From a virus: 64,000 nucleotides of DNA. Where the stretch lies: the IMG/VR virus record IMGVR_UViG_3300037424_001778, positions 45,586-109,585 of that record; one strand, given 5' to 3'. Below the pieces are notes generated by a model. It made no database searches. It saw nothing but the letters and a program-made list of their open reading frames with translations, and was not told where the DNA came from. Every line of letters starts with the position of its first letter. The stretch's first letter is position 1. Below, piece by piece: positions 1 to 12,000 of this stretch. The position numbers and the translations under genes were made by a program.

Positions 1-168
1 GCCCCTCTCCAAGACATCCAAGACGAGCTGAAGATGGCTATCCCGGAGGTGAAAATCCAAGCAGTTACGGCGCCTTTGCCGCCAGATGTACATATGATGT
101 TTGAAGACATAGATACCGACGCCTTCCCCGATGCGCAGCCATTCGGACCCCCACCTAAAATCCAGTAA
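1..168 (+). CDS. 3' end of a gene cut by the window edge (possible tail assembly chaperone)
   Basis: Frame 1 open from base 1 to TAA at 166-168 (...FGPPPKIQ*). Function guessed only from its position before the tape-measure-like gene. Confidence 0.5.
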   Translation, partial: APLQDIQDELKMAIPEVKIQAVTAPLPPDVHMMFEDIDTDAFPDAQPFGPPPKIQ

Positions 169-180
169 TCTAGACAATAT

Positions 181-2658
181 ATGGCCTCCGGTAAAGAACT
201 CAAAATCTCAGCTTCACTAGAGCAAGCAGGCTTTCAAGCTGCCAGTCGTGCTTTGACTGAGATGACCCAAAAAGCGAAGGAGCTGGCAAAAGCCCTGCAG
301 GGGGTAGGTATGCCTGGCGGTGGTGGTGGGTTGCTGAGCGGTGGCGGGGTAACGGGCGCAGGGGTTGGTGGCAACAGAGGCGGTGGGCCGACCGCATCTA
401 TCGCCCAAGGCATCAACGCAAACGCCAACGTCTTCAAGAATATGGCTACGTTGGGCACGGCTTCTTTGAAGGGGCTGACTGATGCTCTCAAGACATCCAC
501 CCAACAGCAAAAGACCCAACTCGATTCACTACAGCGCTCCTTGAATGCGTTGGGCGACACCTACGACAAGCTCAAAGGCAAGGGCACCCAAGCATTCGTC
601 CAAAAAGAGATGATTCAGGTCGCAGCCGAAATCAGGCAAGCACAAGCCGGCCTAGGCGTCCTGCAGGGCTTTGGTGACGACCGTGGGCTGAACCCGATGT
701 CGGGCCCACGAATGCTCCCCGGTGCTCGTAGCGGGCTCCCAGGCATGCCTACGGGGCTTGCTGGAGCAGCATGGCAATTCGGCAACGGAAACATCGGGGC
801 GGGGTTGATGACTCCGATTGGGCCCGGGAACATCAGCCCTCAGGGTCTGTTGCAATCATTGATGGGCTCTGGGGCTGGAGCCGTGGCCTTTCGCTCGGCC
901 GGACTCGTGGCGGGTGGGGCACAGGCGGTAGCGAGCACGTCCCAAGGCCTCAACAACATGATGATAGACACGCGTGCTGGGCGCGGTCAGGCCGTTCGTG
1001 GCGCCTGGGAGCGCATGCGCCGTGCAGATATTTCAGACGCAATGGCAGATAGAACTCTTGCCGGCATGTCCGGCCAAGACCAAATCGAAGCCATGCGCTC
1101 GGTTGGCAGTACTGAAGAAGATATAAGCCGGCTCTTTGGCGCTGGATGGAAAACCGCCAAAAGCCTAGGCAAGGACATTTCTGCGCTAACTCCAGAAGCG
1201 ATGCAGACCGCCAAATATGAGGGTTACGACAAGCTCCGTCAGCGCATCAAAGACATAAACTACGACAACCAAGGACGCGCATTGGCGTCTTTGGACGAGA
1301 CCCGCAGTACCAGAATGACGGGCAGTGCCATATTGGGATGGGGTTACAACCAGGACAAGACCGGCAAATGGTCGGACGACTTCTCCAAACGACAAGCAGC
1401 TCTCCACCGTACCGGATATAGCGTAGAAGAATTAGCAGGAGCTACGACTCAGGCCAGGAACATTGGGGGTGACGCCTTTGCTCGCAGCCATGCCGGCAGC
1501 ATCATGGGCGCATCTCGAGCCGGCTTCGACGTCAGCGGGCTTTTGGGGTCTGCGGCACGAAGTAGCGGCAACGGCCAGGCCAACTTCATGGCTCGCGCCG
1601 CGATGGGTGGGGGTATCGCCACAGCGGCAGGTATCCAATTGGGACAGAGCTTGTTTGGGTTTGACCCACGAGGTACGGTTACGGGCGCTGGGGCTTTGCA
1701 GGCCGTACAGCAAGGATTCGGTTTCGGAAACGGACCTGAAGACTTCAACCAAGTCCAACGGGCACAACTCGGAATGCAAGCTGCAGACAGGCTTGGCGCG
1801 GGGTTCGACAACTACCAAAAAGGCATGAACGTCTCGTCGGCGATTCGTGCAATGCCTGGTGGAACTACTTACGCTCAGGACGCTCTAGCAAACATGCAGT
1901 TCAAGGAATTAGCTGAAATCGCCGGTGGTGGTTCTTCTGCCAAAGCTAGAGCCTTCGGAATCACTAAAGAGCAGGCAATTTCCCAGCTCGGCGGACAGGC
2001 GCACGGGCTCTTTGCTCGCTATGTCGAACAAGGTGGGCAAGATGAAGTCAGCAAAGCGATGCGCGCTATGCGCTCTAGTGGCATGTCCGAACGCGAGTTC
2101 TTGGCAGACCTAGGTACAAAGAGCAAAGGCAAGGGCGCTGGCGCGGCCGAGGCGAGAGCCATGCGCGAAGCTCTGGGTGTGGAGGCTGGGGTATTGATGG
2201 GTGGGGACACGGAAGGCGGTATAGGGCTTGTCGATTTGTTGTCTGGCACAGGAGGCTTAGGCAAGGGAGGACTGAAGGCCAAGAAAAACCTTCCGTATGG
2301 TGGCATAGATGCGGAATCGGCTGCCAAACGAGGGGCCGAAGCGGACCAGATGCTCAAGGATGGCGTTGCCGTCATGGCAAACATCAAAGACGTAGTCAAG
2401 GAGTACGCTCAAAACAAAGAGCGGTTGACGGCGACCGAATCGTTCAAGAACTTTGCCAGTGAAATAGATGTATTGACCGAAAAATTCCAACGATTGGCGG
2501 GAGCCACAGAAGACGTCATCTCCAAGAGCACCGGAAGGACCACGGCGGCGGCAGCCAAGACTTCGGCCAAATCGTCAGAAGTCAAAGCTGGAGCCAAAGC
2601 AGCGGCTGGGGCAATTTTGGATGCTTTTATTCCCGGTGGCGGCCGTCTAGTGAGGTAA
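181..2658 (+). CDS. Tape-measure-like tail protein (825 aa)
   Basis: Ala/Gly/Gln-rich, predicted helical, N-terminal 'KELKISASLEQAGF' typical of TMP starts, first gene of the baseplate cluster. Confidence 0.65.
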   Translation: MASGKELKISASLEQAGFQAASRALTEMTQKAKELAKALQGVGMPGGGGGLLSGGGVTGAGVGGNRGGGPTASIAQGINANANVFKNMATLGTASLKGLTDALKTSTQQQKTQLDSLQRSLNALGDTYDKLKGKGTQAFVQKEMIQVAAEIRQAQAGLGVLQGFGDDRGLNPMSGPRMLPGARSGLPGMPTGLAGAAWQFGNGNIGAGLMTPIGPGNISPQGLLQSLMGSGAGAVAFRSAGLVAGGAQAVASTSQGLNNMMIDTRAGRGQAVRGAWERMRRADISDAMADRTLAGMSGQDQIEAMRSVGSTEEDISRLFGAGWKTAKSLGKDISALTPEAMQTAKYEGYDKLRQRIKDINYDNQGRALASLDETRSTRMTGSAILGWGYNQDKTGKWSDDFSKRQAALHRTGYSVEELAGATTQARNIGGDAFARSHAGSIMGASRAGFDVSGLLGSAARSSGNGQANFMARAAMGGGIATAAGIQLGQSLFGFDPRGTVTGAGALQAVQQGFGFGNGPEDFNQVQRAQLGMQAADRLGAGFDNYQKGMNVSSAIRAMPGGTTYAQDALANMQFKELAEIAGGGSSAKARAFGITKEQAISQLGGQAHGLFARYVEQGGQDEVSKAMRAMRSSGMSEREFLADLGTKSKGKGAGAAEARAMREALGVEAGVLMGGDTEGGIGLVDLLSGTGGLGKGGLKAKKNLPYGGIDAESAAKRGAEADQMLKDGVAVMANIKDVVKEYAQNKERLTATESFKNFASEIDVLTEKFQRLAGATEDVISKSTGRTTAAAAKTSAKSSEVKAGAKAAAGAILDAFIPGGGRLVR

Positions 2659-2664
2659 TCACAA

Positions 2665-4743
2665 TTGGCTAGATATTTTGACTTGCTATGGGGTTTCGGA
2701 GAAAAGGGCGTCGTAAATGACGCCTCAGAAGCACCCGATTGTCTGTCTACCTCTCCCGTCGCAATCGTAGCCATTTGGCGCTATCGCTTCCCCGTCACCT
2801 TCAGTCGAGACAAGCAAGCATCTTTCAGCAAGAACCCAGCAGATAGCACTCGCCTACGCGACGACGTGTTAGTCATCGTCGAGGACCTTCTCTCGTTGTC
2901 CATCTCCGAGAGCAAATCCAACCATGTGTCTCAATTGTCGGCGACCCTCCTGCCCGGTACCAATTACCTCACGGAAACGTTCCCGGGCGATTGGGTGGCG
3001 GCCTGGATAGTCAATGATGTAGCAACGGCCAATTCCCTCATCTCCAGAGTCCGCAAAGGTGAGGCCTGTAATGGCTTCAATGACGGCTTGAAGTTCCTGG
3101 GGCGTACGGCCGGAGGTCCTAGAGTCCGCTTGACTCAAAGCCCCACGGGCCTCAAGACGTCTGGGTACACCCTCAACGCCGCTGGTTTTACTGAATTCGA
3201 CGCCTCTATTTACTTTGAGCCGTATCTAGCCAGCGACAGTGTAGGCGCGGCCACGGAGTGGCTGAAGAAAACGGGCGAGGCCCTAAACAATTTGATTTTG
3301 GGCGGGACAGACAACCAGCAAGACCCGATGGTGACGACCGGTCGCGTACTACCTTTCTTCATCAATGCCTTTTATGGCGAGGGAGTCCCGGCCAGTCAGA
3401 GCTACCAGAGCACGCCTGGGGTTTCTACCACAAAGGGGTTAGATAACCCCAATGCATTCGTCATTCCAGACCCGATAGGAAGCCTGCTGGGAGTCACTAC
3501 CGGTACAAAATCTACCGGCCAAAAGGGGTGGAATGACATATGTAATATATTGACCGGGGTGCAGCGCTACCAACTCAGCAACGACAACGTAGCCTTTCTG
3601 AACTCGTCCAATACTGATAACTCTGTCACGTACAATTCGGCCGGACAAATCTTCACTCCTGACGGGTTGCCAGTCGACGGAACCTCACGTCAATTGGTAT
3701 GCCCGGACGAACTACTGGGCAGCTTCTTGCCTAATCCGCCCCAGTTTGATGGACAACAGACAGTGTGGTCCATACTCCAGCAATACGTCAACTCTGCCGT
3801 CAACGAAATGTATACTTGCCTGCGCGTTGGCCCCACTGGCGCCATCATGCCGACTCTCGTAGTTAGGCAGCTACCCTTCACGAGCGGGGTCCTAGACGAG
3901 ACCTACACACCAGCCAAGACCCCGTCTGCAATGACTCCGACGAAGAAGGACGACCCAAAAACGCAGGCGCAGAACAATCCGATAGACAATCCCAGACGTC
4001 TAGCTCTTACGAGATTCGGAGAATTGCCTTGCTGGGCCGTGCCACCAACACTAGTCGTCGGCGCAGACTTGGGCCGTTCGGACTCGGTTCGGTTCAACTT
4101 CGTACACGTCTACGGAGAAACCGGGCTCCCTACTCAAAACCGCAGTGAGTACATAGTACGCGACCCGCCAATCAGCGATGACCTGGACATTATCCGCTCT
4201 GGATTCCGCCCATACATGATGACGGTCGCGTGCTCCCCCAATGACGCCACCAACCGTAAAGCTGGGGACTGGATGTATATCGTCGCCGACTTTGTGATGG
4301 GACAGCACCTCACGCTGAGTGGCTCGATGGAGCTAGTCGGCATCCAGAGCCCCATCTGTATCGGTGACAACATTTCGTTCGACAATCATTTCTTTCACAT
4401 CGAGGGGGTCACCCATACCTTTAGCCACAATCCGAGTGGCGGGGTCAACACCTTCCGCACCCAGCTCGCCCTCAGCCATGGCATCAAGCAGGAGCAACTG
4501 ACCGGCGACGATTTCTCGATGTATACTGGCACTTCACAAGAGGACCTCCAGACGTATATGGGTTCCAGAAGCCGGGAGTACCAGGTAAACAAAAACGAAC
4601 CGTCCTCTCCTCCGATAAAGGGAGTCGAGGTCACACCACCAGTACAACACGCCGGTGCAGCTGAAGCTGAAATAGACCCCAACGCTCTGGGCGAGTCCGT
4701 TGGCAACATCGCAGCTCAATATCGTAGCGGGGTCAAGAACTAA
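2665..4743 (+). CDS. Putative baseplate hub / tail protein (TTG start)
   Basis: 692 aa between TMP and spike; C-terminal 'LSGSMELVGIQSPICIGDNISFDNHFFHIEGVTHTF' resembles the end of hub (gp27/gpD-like) proteins. Confidence 0.55.
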   Translation: MARYFDLLWGFGEKGVVNDASEAPDCLSTSPVAIVAIWRYRFPVTFSRDKQASFSKNPADSTRLRDDVLVIVEDLLSLSISESKSNHVSQLSATLLPGTNYLTETFPGDWVAAWIVNDVATANSLISRVRKGEACNGFNDGLKFLGRTAGGPRVRLTQSPTGLKTSGYTLNAAGFTEFDASIYFEPYLASDSVGAATEWLKKTGEALNNLILGGTDNQQDPMVTTGRVLPFFINAFYGEGVPASQSYQSTPGVSTTKGLDNPNAFVIPDPIGSLLGVTTGTKSTGQKGWNDICNILTGVQRYQLSNDNVAFLNSSNTDNSVTYNSAGQIFTPDGLPVDGTSRQLVCPDELLGSFLPNPPQFDGQQTVWSILQQYVNSAVNEMYTCLRVGPTGAIMPTLVVRQLPFTSGVLDETYTPAKTPSAMTPTKKDDPKTQAQNNPIDNPRRLALTRFGELPCWAVPPTLVVGADLGRSDSVRFNFVHVYGETGLPTQNRSEYIVRDPPISDDLDIIRSGFRPYMMTVACSPNDATNRKAGDWMYIVADFVMGQHLTLSGSMELVGIQSPICIGDNISFDNHFFHIEGVTHTFSHNPSGGVNTFRTQLALSHGIKQEQLTGDDFSMYTGTSQEDLQTYMGSRSREYQVNKNEPSSPPIKGVEVTPPVQHAGAAEAEIDPNALGESVGNIAAQYRSGVKN

Positions 4744-4744
4744 T

Positions 4745-5860
4745 ATGGCACAATTCCTCTCAGACGGGACATGCGTTCCAAGTTATTTGTCGGTGGAATC
4801 GAGAGGTAGCTCTCGAGGCGCCACGGCAAACATGAACGACTATGTGTTGCGCTTTGGGGAGGTCAAAGAGGTGGTGTGGCCCAGCTCCGCTCACAGCTAC
4901 ACCAAGACAACCGTAGAGTATGTCGTCCAGGTGATGCACCGCAACGGAAACAACACACCTAGCACAACCACCTTTAGGGGCTGCACCGTTTCCAATCTGT
5001 TTGGAGGTACGGCCGACCGCTTCTCTGCCACACTACGAGCCGACCCGAACACGGACAAACCGTTTGGTGTGGGAGCAAAGGTGCTGCTGCTCTGCTTGGA
5101 CGGCAACCAACAGCGCTCGATTATTCTCGGAGGTATCAAAGACACAGCCAGCAGCCAAGTAGACAACTCAGAGGACGGACACCACCTATTCTTCGAGTTC
5201 AACGGCATTCGATTCACCGTAGACAAAGAGGGGCAAGCCACGGTCTTGTTTCGAGGCGCCACCAAGGCTGACGGAACCCTGTCCGACGACGCAGACACAG
5301 AAGCTGAAGGCACCAAGGTCTCCTTCACTCGTGAAGGCAACGTCACCATCGCAACCCCAGACGACGCTCAATACATCAAAGTCAACCACCAGGACCGCAC
5401 GATAGAAATACTGGCCGATGACGACTACCACGTCACGTCCAACAGTACAGTCACGGTCGACGCTCAAGGCGACATCAACGCAACCACACAGGCCGGAGTC
5501 AATATCCAGGCCTCCAATAACGTAGATATCCAGTCGGCCGGGGTCCATGTAGGAGCGGCCACCGACGCTTGGGTCAAGGGTACAACTTACCGCAACAAAG
5601 AAACCACGATGCACACGCAGATGGCCTCGACTCTGGCCACCTTGAACTCGTTGGTCACCACCGCCGCGTCCAGCCTAGCGACCGCAGCCTCTCTCATCTC
5701 TGTTCCAATGGTAGGTGGCGGACTGGCAGCTCCAGGCCTGACAGCAGCTTCTGTGGCCCTTTTGTCTGCTGCACCATTGCTGAATACACTGGCCGGATAC
5801 ATTCAAGCATTCGAAGCCCAGGCCGCGACCTATTTGTCCACCAAGAACCTCGGGGACTAA
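4745..5860 (+). CDS. Putative baseplate central spike (gp5/gpV-like)
   Basis: OB-fold-like N-terminus (GAKVLLLCLDGNQQRSIILG) followed by beta-repeat segment (DINATTQAGVNIQASNNVDIQS). ATG at 4745 follows the upstream stop. Confidence 0.6.
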   Translation: MAQFLSDGTCVPSYLSVESRGSSRGATANMNDYVLRFGEVKEVVWPSSAHSYTKTTVEYVVQVMHRNGNNTPSTTTFRGCTVSNLFGGTADRFSATLRADPNTDKPFGVGAKVLLLCLDGNQQRSIILGGIKDTASSQVDNSEDGHHLFFEFNGIRFTVDKEGQATVLFRGATKADGTLSDDADTEAEGTKVSFTREGNVTIATPDDAQYIKVNHQDRTIEILADDDYHVTSNSTVTVDAQGDINATTQAGVNIQASNNVDIQSAGVHVGAATDAWVKGTTYRNKETTMHTQMASTLATLNSLVTTAASSLATAASLISVPMVGGGLAAPGLTAASVALLSAAPLLNTLAGYIQAFEAQAATYLSTKNLGD

Positions 5861-5863
5861 CCA

Positions 5864-6487
5864 ATGAGCCCACTGTTACTCAACGCAGACGACCAAACCC
5901 TCGTGGACGCAGTCAAAGTGGACGCCAGACTTTCGGACAGCGACGGGATTTCTATCGACACGACTGGGGACGGCATCGGCGATGTACCGTATTGCACATC
6001 GATTCTCCCCGTCCCTGATTTCAATACACTGGTGCCTCCCGGGTCCGCCATGGACACACAGGTCCTCGATGGCCTGGCTGCAGCTTCGGCCGCTTTGGCT
6101 TTGAGGGTTAGGCCGTTTGGGCTACACGTCGACTCAAGCTCGACCAATGTATCCTTTACGGCCCCCACCGACATACTGACCGGCACATTCGCCGCTGCGT
6201 CAAAGTTGGCAGTGGCCCGTATGGCGATGGCTGTAGTCAATTTCGGGTGCTACGTGGATGCATCGAACACGGCAGTGGAATACTGGCTAGACGTGGACGG
6301 AGCCCCCACACCGCATATGCAGTATTTCTTCAACGTGGCCGGCGACCACCGTTCTGTGGGCGCCACTTGGCTTCTTACGCTCCCTGCCCTCACGACGTCT
6401 ATTAAATTGCGGGTCGCGCGCAAATCCGGGACCGGGACAGTATTCGTAAATGCAGACGATAGCGCCAGTTTGACGCTGGTCGGATAA
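5864..6487 (+). CDS. Hypothetical virion protein
   Basis: 207-aa ORF tightly packed in the structural operon. Confidence 0.5.
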   Translation: MSPLLLNADDQTLVDAVKVDARLSDSDGISIDTTGDGIGDVPYCTSILPVPDFNTLVPPGSAMDTQVLDGLAAASAALALRVRPFGLHVDSSSTNVSFTAPTDILTGTFAAASKLAVARMAMAVVNFGCYVDASNTAVEYWLDVDGAPTPHMQYFFNVAGDHRSVGATWLLTLPALTTSIKLRVARKSGTGTVFVNADDSASLTLVG

Positions 6488-6506
6488 TCTACCATATATC
6501 CCCATC

Positions 6507-9020
6507 ATGGCCAACCAAGACTCAATCACACGAGCTGCGACCGAAAACACCGACCCGTTCGACGGCAAAAATATGCCGCACCCTTTCTGGTCCACCGGCG
6601 ACGACCTCGAGACGAATTGGGACAAGTCTTTTCCGTTTCAGCTTCTGTGGCTTCGCAAGCATGGCAGCAGCTATAGCGTAGCGGATATCGAGTCGAGATT
6701 CACGCTTCCCATCCCTCCCGAAGCCCTGTCCATCGGAACCCCGTTCGCAATCAACCTGAGCATCACACAAGGCGGCGCACTAGAAGAGCACAACGGGGCC
6801 CCCCTACGGAATATTACTTTGTCAGGTACGACAGGGGTCTTCCCACTGCGGGGCTCAGTGACTGCGCCGAACGACTTCTCTTCGGCCTCCCAAGGTATTT
6901 TTGCTGGTACGGTCAACTCCGTGCGCGGCATCGCAACGGCCATCAGCCAAGCCAACAACTTGCTCAGCGGCGGGACGAATACGCCCGTCAACGTTGTATC
7001 CGAAACCGACATGACTCCAGGTTCGCCCGAGTTGCAGGGCACCGGATTCTATCAATTTATTTTGCTCAAGCGTTTTCTCGAGGCGTATGTGGAGAAGAAG
7101 CGCAAGGGAGACAAGGACCTCCGGTTGGGGTTGGCGATATGGAAAGAGCAAGAAATCTACCTCGTCACCCCGCGCTCGTTTGACCTGTCCCGCAACGCAC
7201 AGCGCCCCCAAGAGTACCCCTTCAGCCTGAGCCTGACAGCATGGCGCCGTGTCGCCCTAGATGACCGCACAGGAGCTGCCAGTCCATATCAAGGGACGGT
7301 TGGAACCCGTGACCCCAACACCTTCGCACAGCTCGTAAATACGCTCGAGACGGGCCGCGCCGTGCTTGAGGGCGCCCGTACCGTCTTGCAGAGCGTAAGG
7401 GCTGACATCCAAAACGTACTATTCACCCCACTAAGGCAAGCGACGCTGTTTGCCAAAGACGCTGTGGGTCTCGTCCTGACCGCCGTCGATTTCCCTACCG
7501 ACATCATTTCAGACTTGCGGGAGCCGCTACTCGAGATGGCTGCTGCCAAGAATTCTGTCAATGAGCTAAGTCGTGTGGGTTCTCGTTTCCAACGGAACTT
7601 CGACGCTTCGGTCAATGCAATCCAAGAGGCGTTCAGGCAGTTATCTGTGTCATCTGGCAAGGCCGATACGAGGTCTGGACGTGATGTCGCTTCGCGGCGA
7701 GACGGCCTATTCGGAGACTCACAAAACGGCAACAACGCAGACCCCGTCAACAAAATCGTCGACACGCCGATTGAGAATTACCCATTCTTCTCAACCATTC
7801 GACCGAGCGACTTGAATCTGCGTCCAAACACCATCAAGAAGATGGAAGCAGAACGAAAATCGGTCCAGTCCCTGCGCCGCGAAGACTTCGAACGGGCCCG
7901 CAACCAGGCAGTGCAAGTGCTGGCCGACTTTTCAGACTTCATCGGAGCTGGGGATACCACATATACCAGCACGTACCACATGCCTGTCCGCACCACCACC
8001 AGGACCCCAACGGACGATGAGTGGGACGTAGTATTTTCGCTGAATGAAGTCATCCAACAGTACGACGCCCTAGCGGCCACAGCCTCCGTCAACCGGAACC
8101 AGGTCACCAGCCTTGATTACGTGGCTGGTTTGGCTCGTCGGTCGGGAATCGCGTTCCAGGTGCCGAAGTCGAAGTTCTCAGTGCCCTTCCCTTACGGAAG
8201 CACTTTAGAGACACTAAGCAACCGCTACCTGGGCACACCAGGGAGGTGGCACGAGATAGCCACCCTCAACGGGCTCCGCGCTCCATACGTCGACGAAGTC
8301 GGCTTCAAGTTGAACCTGCTGGTGAATGGCAACGCCAATCAAATACTCGTCAGCGATGCTTCTAATCTGTTCGTCGGTCAAAAGCTCTGGATTGAGAGCA
8401 CCACCACGCTGAGGGAGAGCAGACGCATTCAGAAAGTCACCCCAGTCGGAACACACTTCGCAGTGCTGCTCGACGGGGAACCAGACCTATCCAAGTTCAC
8501 GACAGCGTCTCAGTCCTTCGTGCAGGCCTTTTTGCCAGACACGGTCAATAGCCAGCAACAAATCTACATCCCCTCCGATGCCGAGCCGGCCGAAGACGGG
8601 TTTTTGGTCAAGTCTATTCCTGGGGTCAACTACTTCGACCCACTCGTGAGTACGTGCGGTATTGACTGGCTGTTGACTCAAGATAATGACATCATCATCA
8701 CGCCAGACGGGGATGGCCGTTTGGCGGCGGGCTTGGTCAACCAAATTCAAAAAATACGTCTGGCCTTGGCAACCCCCAAAGGCTCCCTCATGTATCATCC
8801 CGAGTACGGCTTGGGGCTCAAGCCTGGGACGAGCACGGCAGACGTATCGGCGCAGCAAATCAAATCCGACATCAGCCAGCTATTCCGCAACGACCCGTCT
8901 TTCACTGGAGTCAGTGGGGTCAGCGTACAGAAGGATGGCGGGGTCGTGCGCATAAAAATGTCGATTGGGATTGCCGGCACTAGCCAGTATATCCCAATCC
9001 AGGTGGACGTAAAGCAATAA
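6507..9020 (+). CDS. Baseplate protein with LysM-like domain and C-terminal gp25/GpW-like domain
   Basis: 'GSTLETLSNRYLGTPGRWHEIATLNGLRAPY' is LysM/tail-X-like; 'QKIRLALATPKGSLMYHPEYGLGL...QLFRNDP' is gp25-like. Confidence 0.65.
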   Translation: MANQDSITRAATENTDPFDGKNMPHPFWSTGDDLETNWDKSFPFQLLWLRKHGSSYSVADIESRFTLPIPPEALSIGTPFAINLSITQGGALEEHNGAPLRNITLSGTTGVFPLRGSVTAPNDFSSASQGIFAGTVNSVRGIATAISQANNLLSGGTNTPVNVVSETDMTPGSPELQGTGFYQFILLKRFLEAYVEKKRKGDKDLRLGLAIWKEQEIYLVTPRSFDLSRNAQRPQEYPFSLSLTAWRRVALDDRTGAASPYQGTVGTRDPNTFAQLVNTLETGRAVLEGARTVLQSVRADIQNVLFTPLRQATLFAKDAVGLVLTAVDFPTDIISDLREPLLEMAAAKNSVNELSRVGSRFQRNFDASVNAIQEAFRQLSVSSGKADTRSGRDVASRRDGLFGDSQNGNNADPVNKIVDTPIENYPFFSTIRPSDLNLRPNTIKKMEAERKSVQSLRREDFERARNQAVQVLADFSDFIGAGDTTYTSTYHMPVRTTTRTPTDDEWDVVFSLNEVIQQYDALAATASVNRNQVTSLDYVAGLARRSGIAFQVPKSKFSVPFPYGSTLETLSNRYLGTPGRWHEIATLNGLRAPYVDEVGFKLNLLVNGNANQILVSDASNLFVGQKLWIESTTTLRESRRIQKVTPVGTHFAVLLDGEPDLSKFTTASQSFVQAFLPDTVNSQQQIYIPSDAEPAEDGFLVKSIPGVNYFDPLVSTCGIDWLLTQDNDIIITPDGDGRLAAGLVNQIQKIRLALATPKGSLMYHPEYGLGLKPGTSTADVSAQQIKSDISQLFRNDPSFTGVSGVSVQKDGGVVRIKMSIGIAGTSQYIPIQVDVKQ

Positions 9021-9078
9021 TCTGCTCTTCGAGCGGGCTGGTCGCACCACCGCTAACCCCTGAACCAAAGGTAAGCCA

Positions 9079-12000
9079 GTGGCCAATATACCTCTACCCC
9101 GTTCTAGAAACCAAATCGTCGGCGGGATGATTAACACCATATTGTCTCGTACGGGGTACCCCTCCCTACAGGTCGGCAACCCGGTATTGAGCTTCGTTGA
9201 AGCGGCAGGACAGTCTGACCTTCGTGGTTCGCAAGACACGTTCAACGCGCTAAACGCCAATTCCCTAGACCGAGCAGAAAAGCAAGCCCTAGACCGAGCC
9301 GGTGCCGACGAGGACTGCCTTAGGTTGGCCCAGAGCCCCTCGACAGGGAACTTGACCATAACAGACACAAGCTTCACCAAAATCAGCACGAGCATCTACC
9401 AAGGGGCTGCGGCACCCATCGTCGGGGCTCCCGTCCTATTGGTGGAGTCGGCTCAGGACTTCCCCGCCATCGGCGGCAATCTATATATTGGTCGCGGCAC
9501 AAAAAACTACGAAGGTCCAATTCCCTACACCGCTACTGCGAATATGGGTTCGTACTGGACCATTTCTCTCGGCGCTGGCGGCACCACCAAGTTCCACAAC
9601 CTGGGCGAGTCTGTGGTGTTCGCTCGCGGTGGCAACAGGACGATAGACGTGGGGACGACAGTCCGCACCTCACAAGGCAACGCTGGTAGTTCTGTTCAGT
9701 TCGCTACGTCGTTCGCGGCCGTGATTCCAGACGGCGAAACAACCGTCCTCAACGTTCCAGCTACAGCTCGAATCCCAGGCACGGTTGGAAACGTTGTCAT
9801 GAACTCTGTGGTCGAGTTCGTCAGCGCTCCGTTTACTGGTGCTGCCGTCACGAACCCAATCCCATTCGCCAACGGTCGCGACACAGAAGACGACGACACG
9901 TACCGAGAGCGCATCCGTCAGGCACGTCAGTCCCGCTCTAAGGGAACGGCGATAGCCATCAAGTCTGGCATCATCGGCCTGACCGCTCCCGATGAAAATA
10001 ACCGCATCCTAAGCGCGTCGGTTGTAGTGCGCCAAGGCGAGCCTACGACGGTGTATATCGATGATGGCACTGGCTACGAAGAGAAAACCGTAGGCATCGC
10101 ATACGAGGCTATCGTTGATTCGGCCATCGGTGGGGAACAATACTTCCAGCTAGCGAACGGCCGACCCGTGGCCAAGGCTTTCCTGAAGAGCACTCTGCAG
10201 GCACCATTCGCACTCACCGCAGGGGCCGAGCTGGCCGTTGAGGTTGGCGGTCGCCGCTCGACTCATATTTTTCAGGCGGCCGATTTCGCCGCTGTGGCCA
10301 ATGCTACTTCGTACGAGGTCGTTGCCTCCATCAACGCCGACCCTACTTTGGGATGGACAGCCCGCACTGCCGATGGCCGAACAGACGTGAGCGTCTTTGC
10401 CAAGGCCGACGCCAACGAGACCATTCAGGTAGCGACGCCAGGCGTGGGAGCGTTTGACGCCAACGTAGCCTTCGGGTTCCCAACGCAGCGGGCCGAGTCG
10501 CTATGGCTCTACCAAGACGACCGTCTTCTCAGCAAGGACGGAAGGCTGGCTTCGTTGACGACCAAGACCCATTCCTCGTGGTCATCCATTTCCACCGGCG
10601 ACACATTGCTGATTGAAGTAGATGGCATCCCGTTGACCATCACGGTCAACGACATCGACTTCGTAAATGCTGGTACGTCGTACATCTCCGTCAGCCAAGC
10701 CAACAGTCTGTCTGCTTGGGCGAAGGTTCTGAACCGGCTGATTCCAGGAGTCACGACTTCAGTGTCTGGTGGCTCACTGACCCTGACAAGCAACCGAGAC
10801 CGTTCAAGCGAAGCCAGCCTTCGCGTCACAGGTGGAGTAATTGGCGCGGCCGTCTTCGCCGAGACCGAGTCGTTTGGAATGAACAGCGACTATACCCTCG
10901 ACCGCAACCTGGGCCAGCTCAAGCTGGATACTCCGTTGCTGGCCGGTAGCCGTCTGACCGCTGGAAGTTTTGCCACTCGAAGCTTCCTTGAGACTCCATC
11001 GTTCTCTGCCCTGACTGTGGCGGCCGAAGGAACAAGCGTGGCTGGCCAGCTCGGTGCTGAAATCTGGTTGGTCGTCGACGGAAATGCGGCTGTGGTTCCT
11101 GTGTCTGTCGGTCCTGGGTCTTCTTTGCAAGTCAGCGGGGCAGTAGAGTCCTGGGGACAGCGAGTTCGCTACACCAGTCCAACTGCCCTCAACCTTTTTG
11201 AGAACGCTCAGCGCGGCGATTGGCTGATTGCGACCGACGCAGCCTTCAGCGTCGACAACCGTGGCGCCTTCCGAATCGTAGACATCGCCACCTCGAGCCC
11301 CTTCTCTTGGGTAGAAGTGGAGCAAAGCTTAACGTGGGGTGCTGCCGAGCTGGTCTCGCTGACCAATGGCGGACTGAAGGTCGTTCGTGCGTCCGCAGTC
11401 CCTCAAAGAATCTATATCGGTACCGCAGGCAACCCCTGGACCGCTTCCACCCTAGCCGCCGCCATCAGCTCACAGATTGAGGGCGGCGAAGCGGCAACGT
11501 ACCGTACAACTCGGGTCCGTGTCCGCACCAACACCTTTACGGCAGATGGAAGTATTGCCTGCGTCGCAGGAAACCAAGCTGGGGTCGCGTTGGGCTTTGC
11601 TATGCTCGACGCGGAAGCATCCGGCGTCAGCCATCTAGCCAACCTTCGCACCACAAATTCACAAAACGGCACCCCATCCTTCGTCACGTACTCCGTCTCA
11701 AGCACGACCGGCCCAACCGTCGTCGACTACGGCTCCGGTATTGCTCCGAGCAGCGGCAGCATCTTCGAAGGGCTCAAGTCCATCCCAGACCTTCCCGGTA
11801 CGTCCGGTCCTCGCTGGGGCAACGACGATTACTTCAGCTCGCTCGAGTACAGGGCTGGAACCGTCCTCCATCTGCGACAGCCAGTCATCAAGCAGTGGCT
11901 GCCAGAGCAACGATTCTATGCGGCCTCTCCTTTTGCCATCACCCCAAATGACCAGCTCGGCCTGGTGGTGGATGGAGATGTAGTCAGCAAGCGGTACGTG

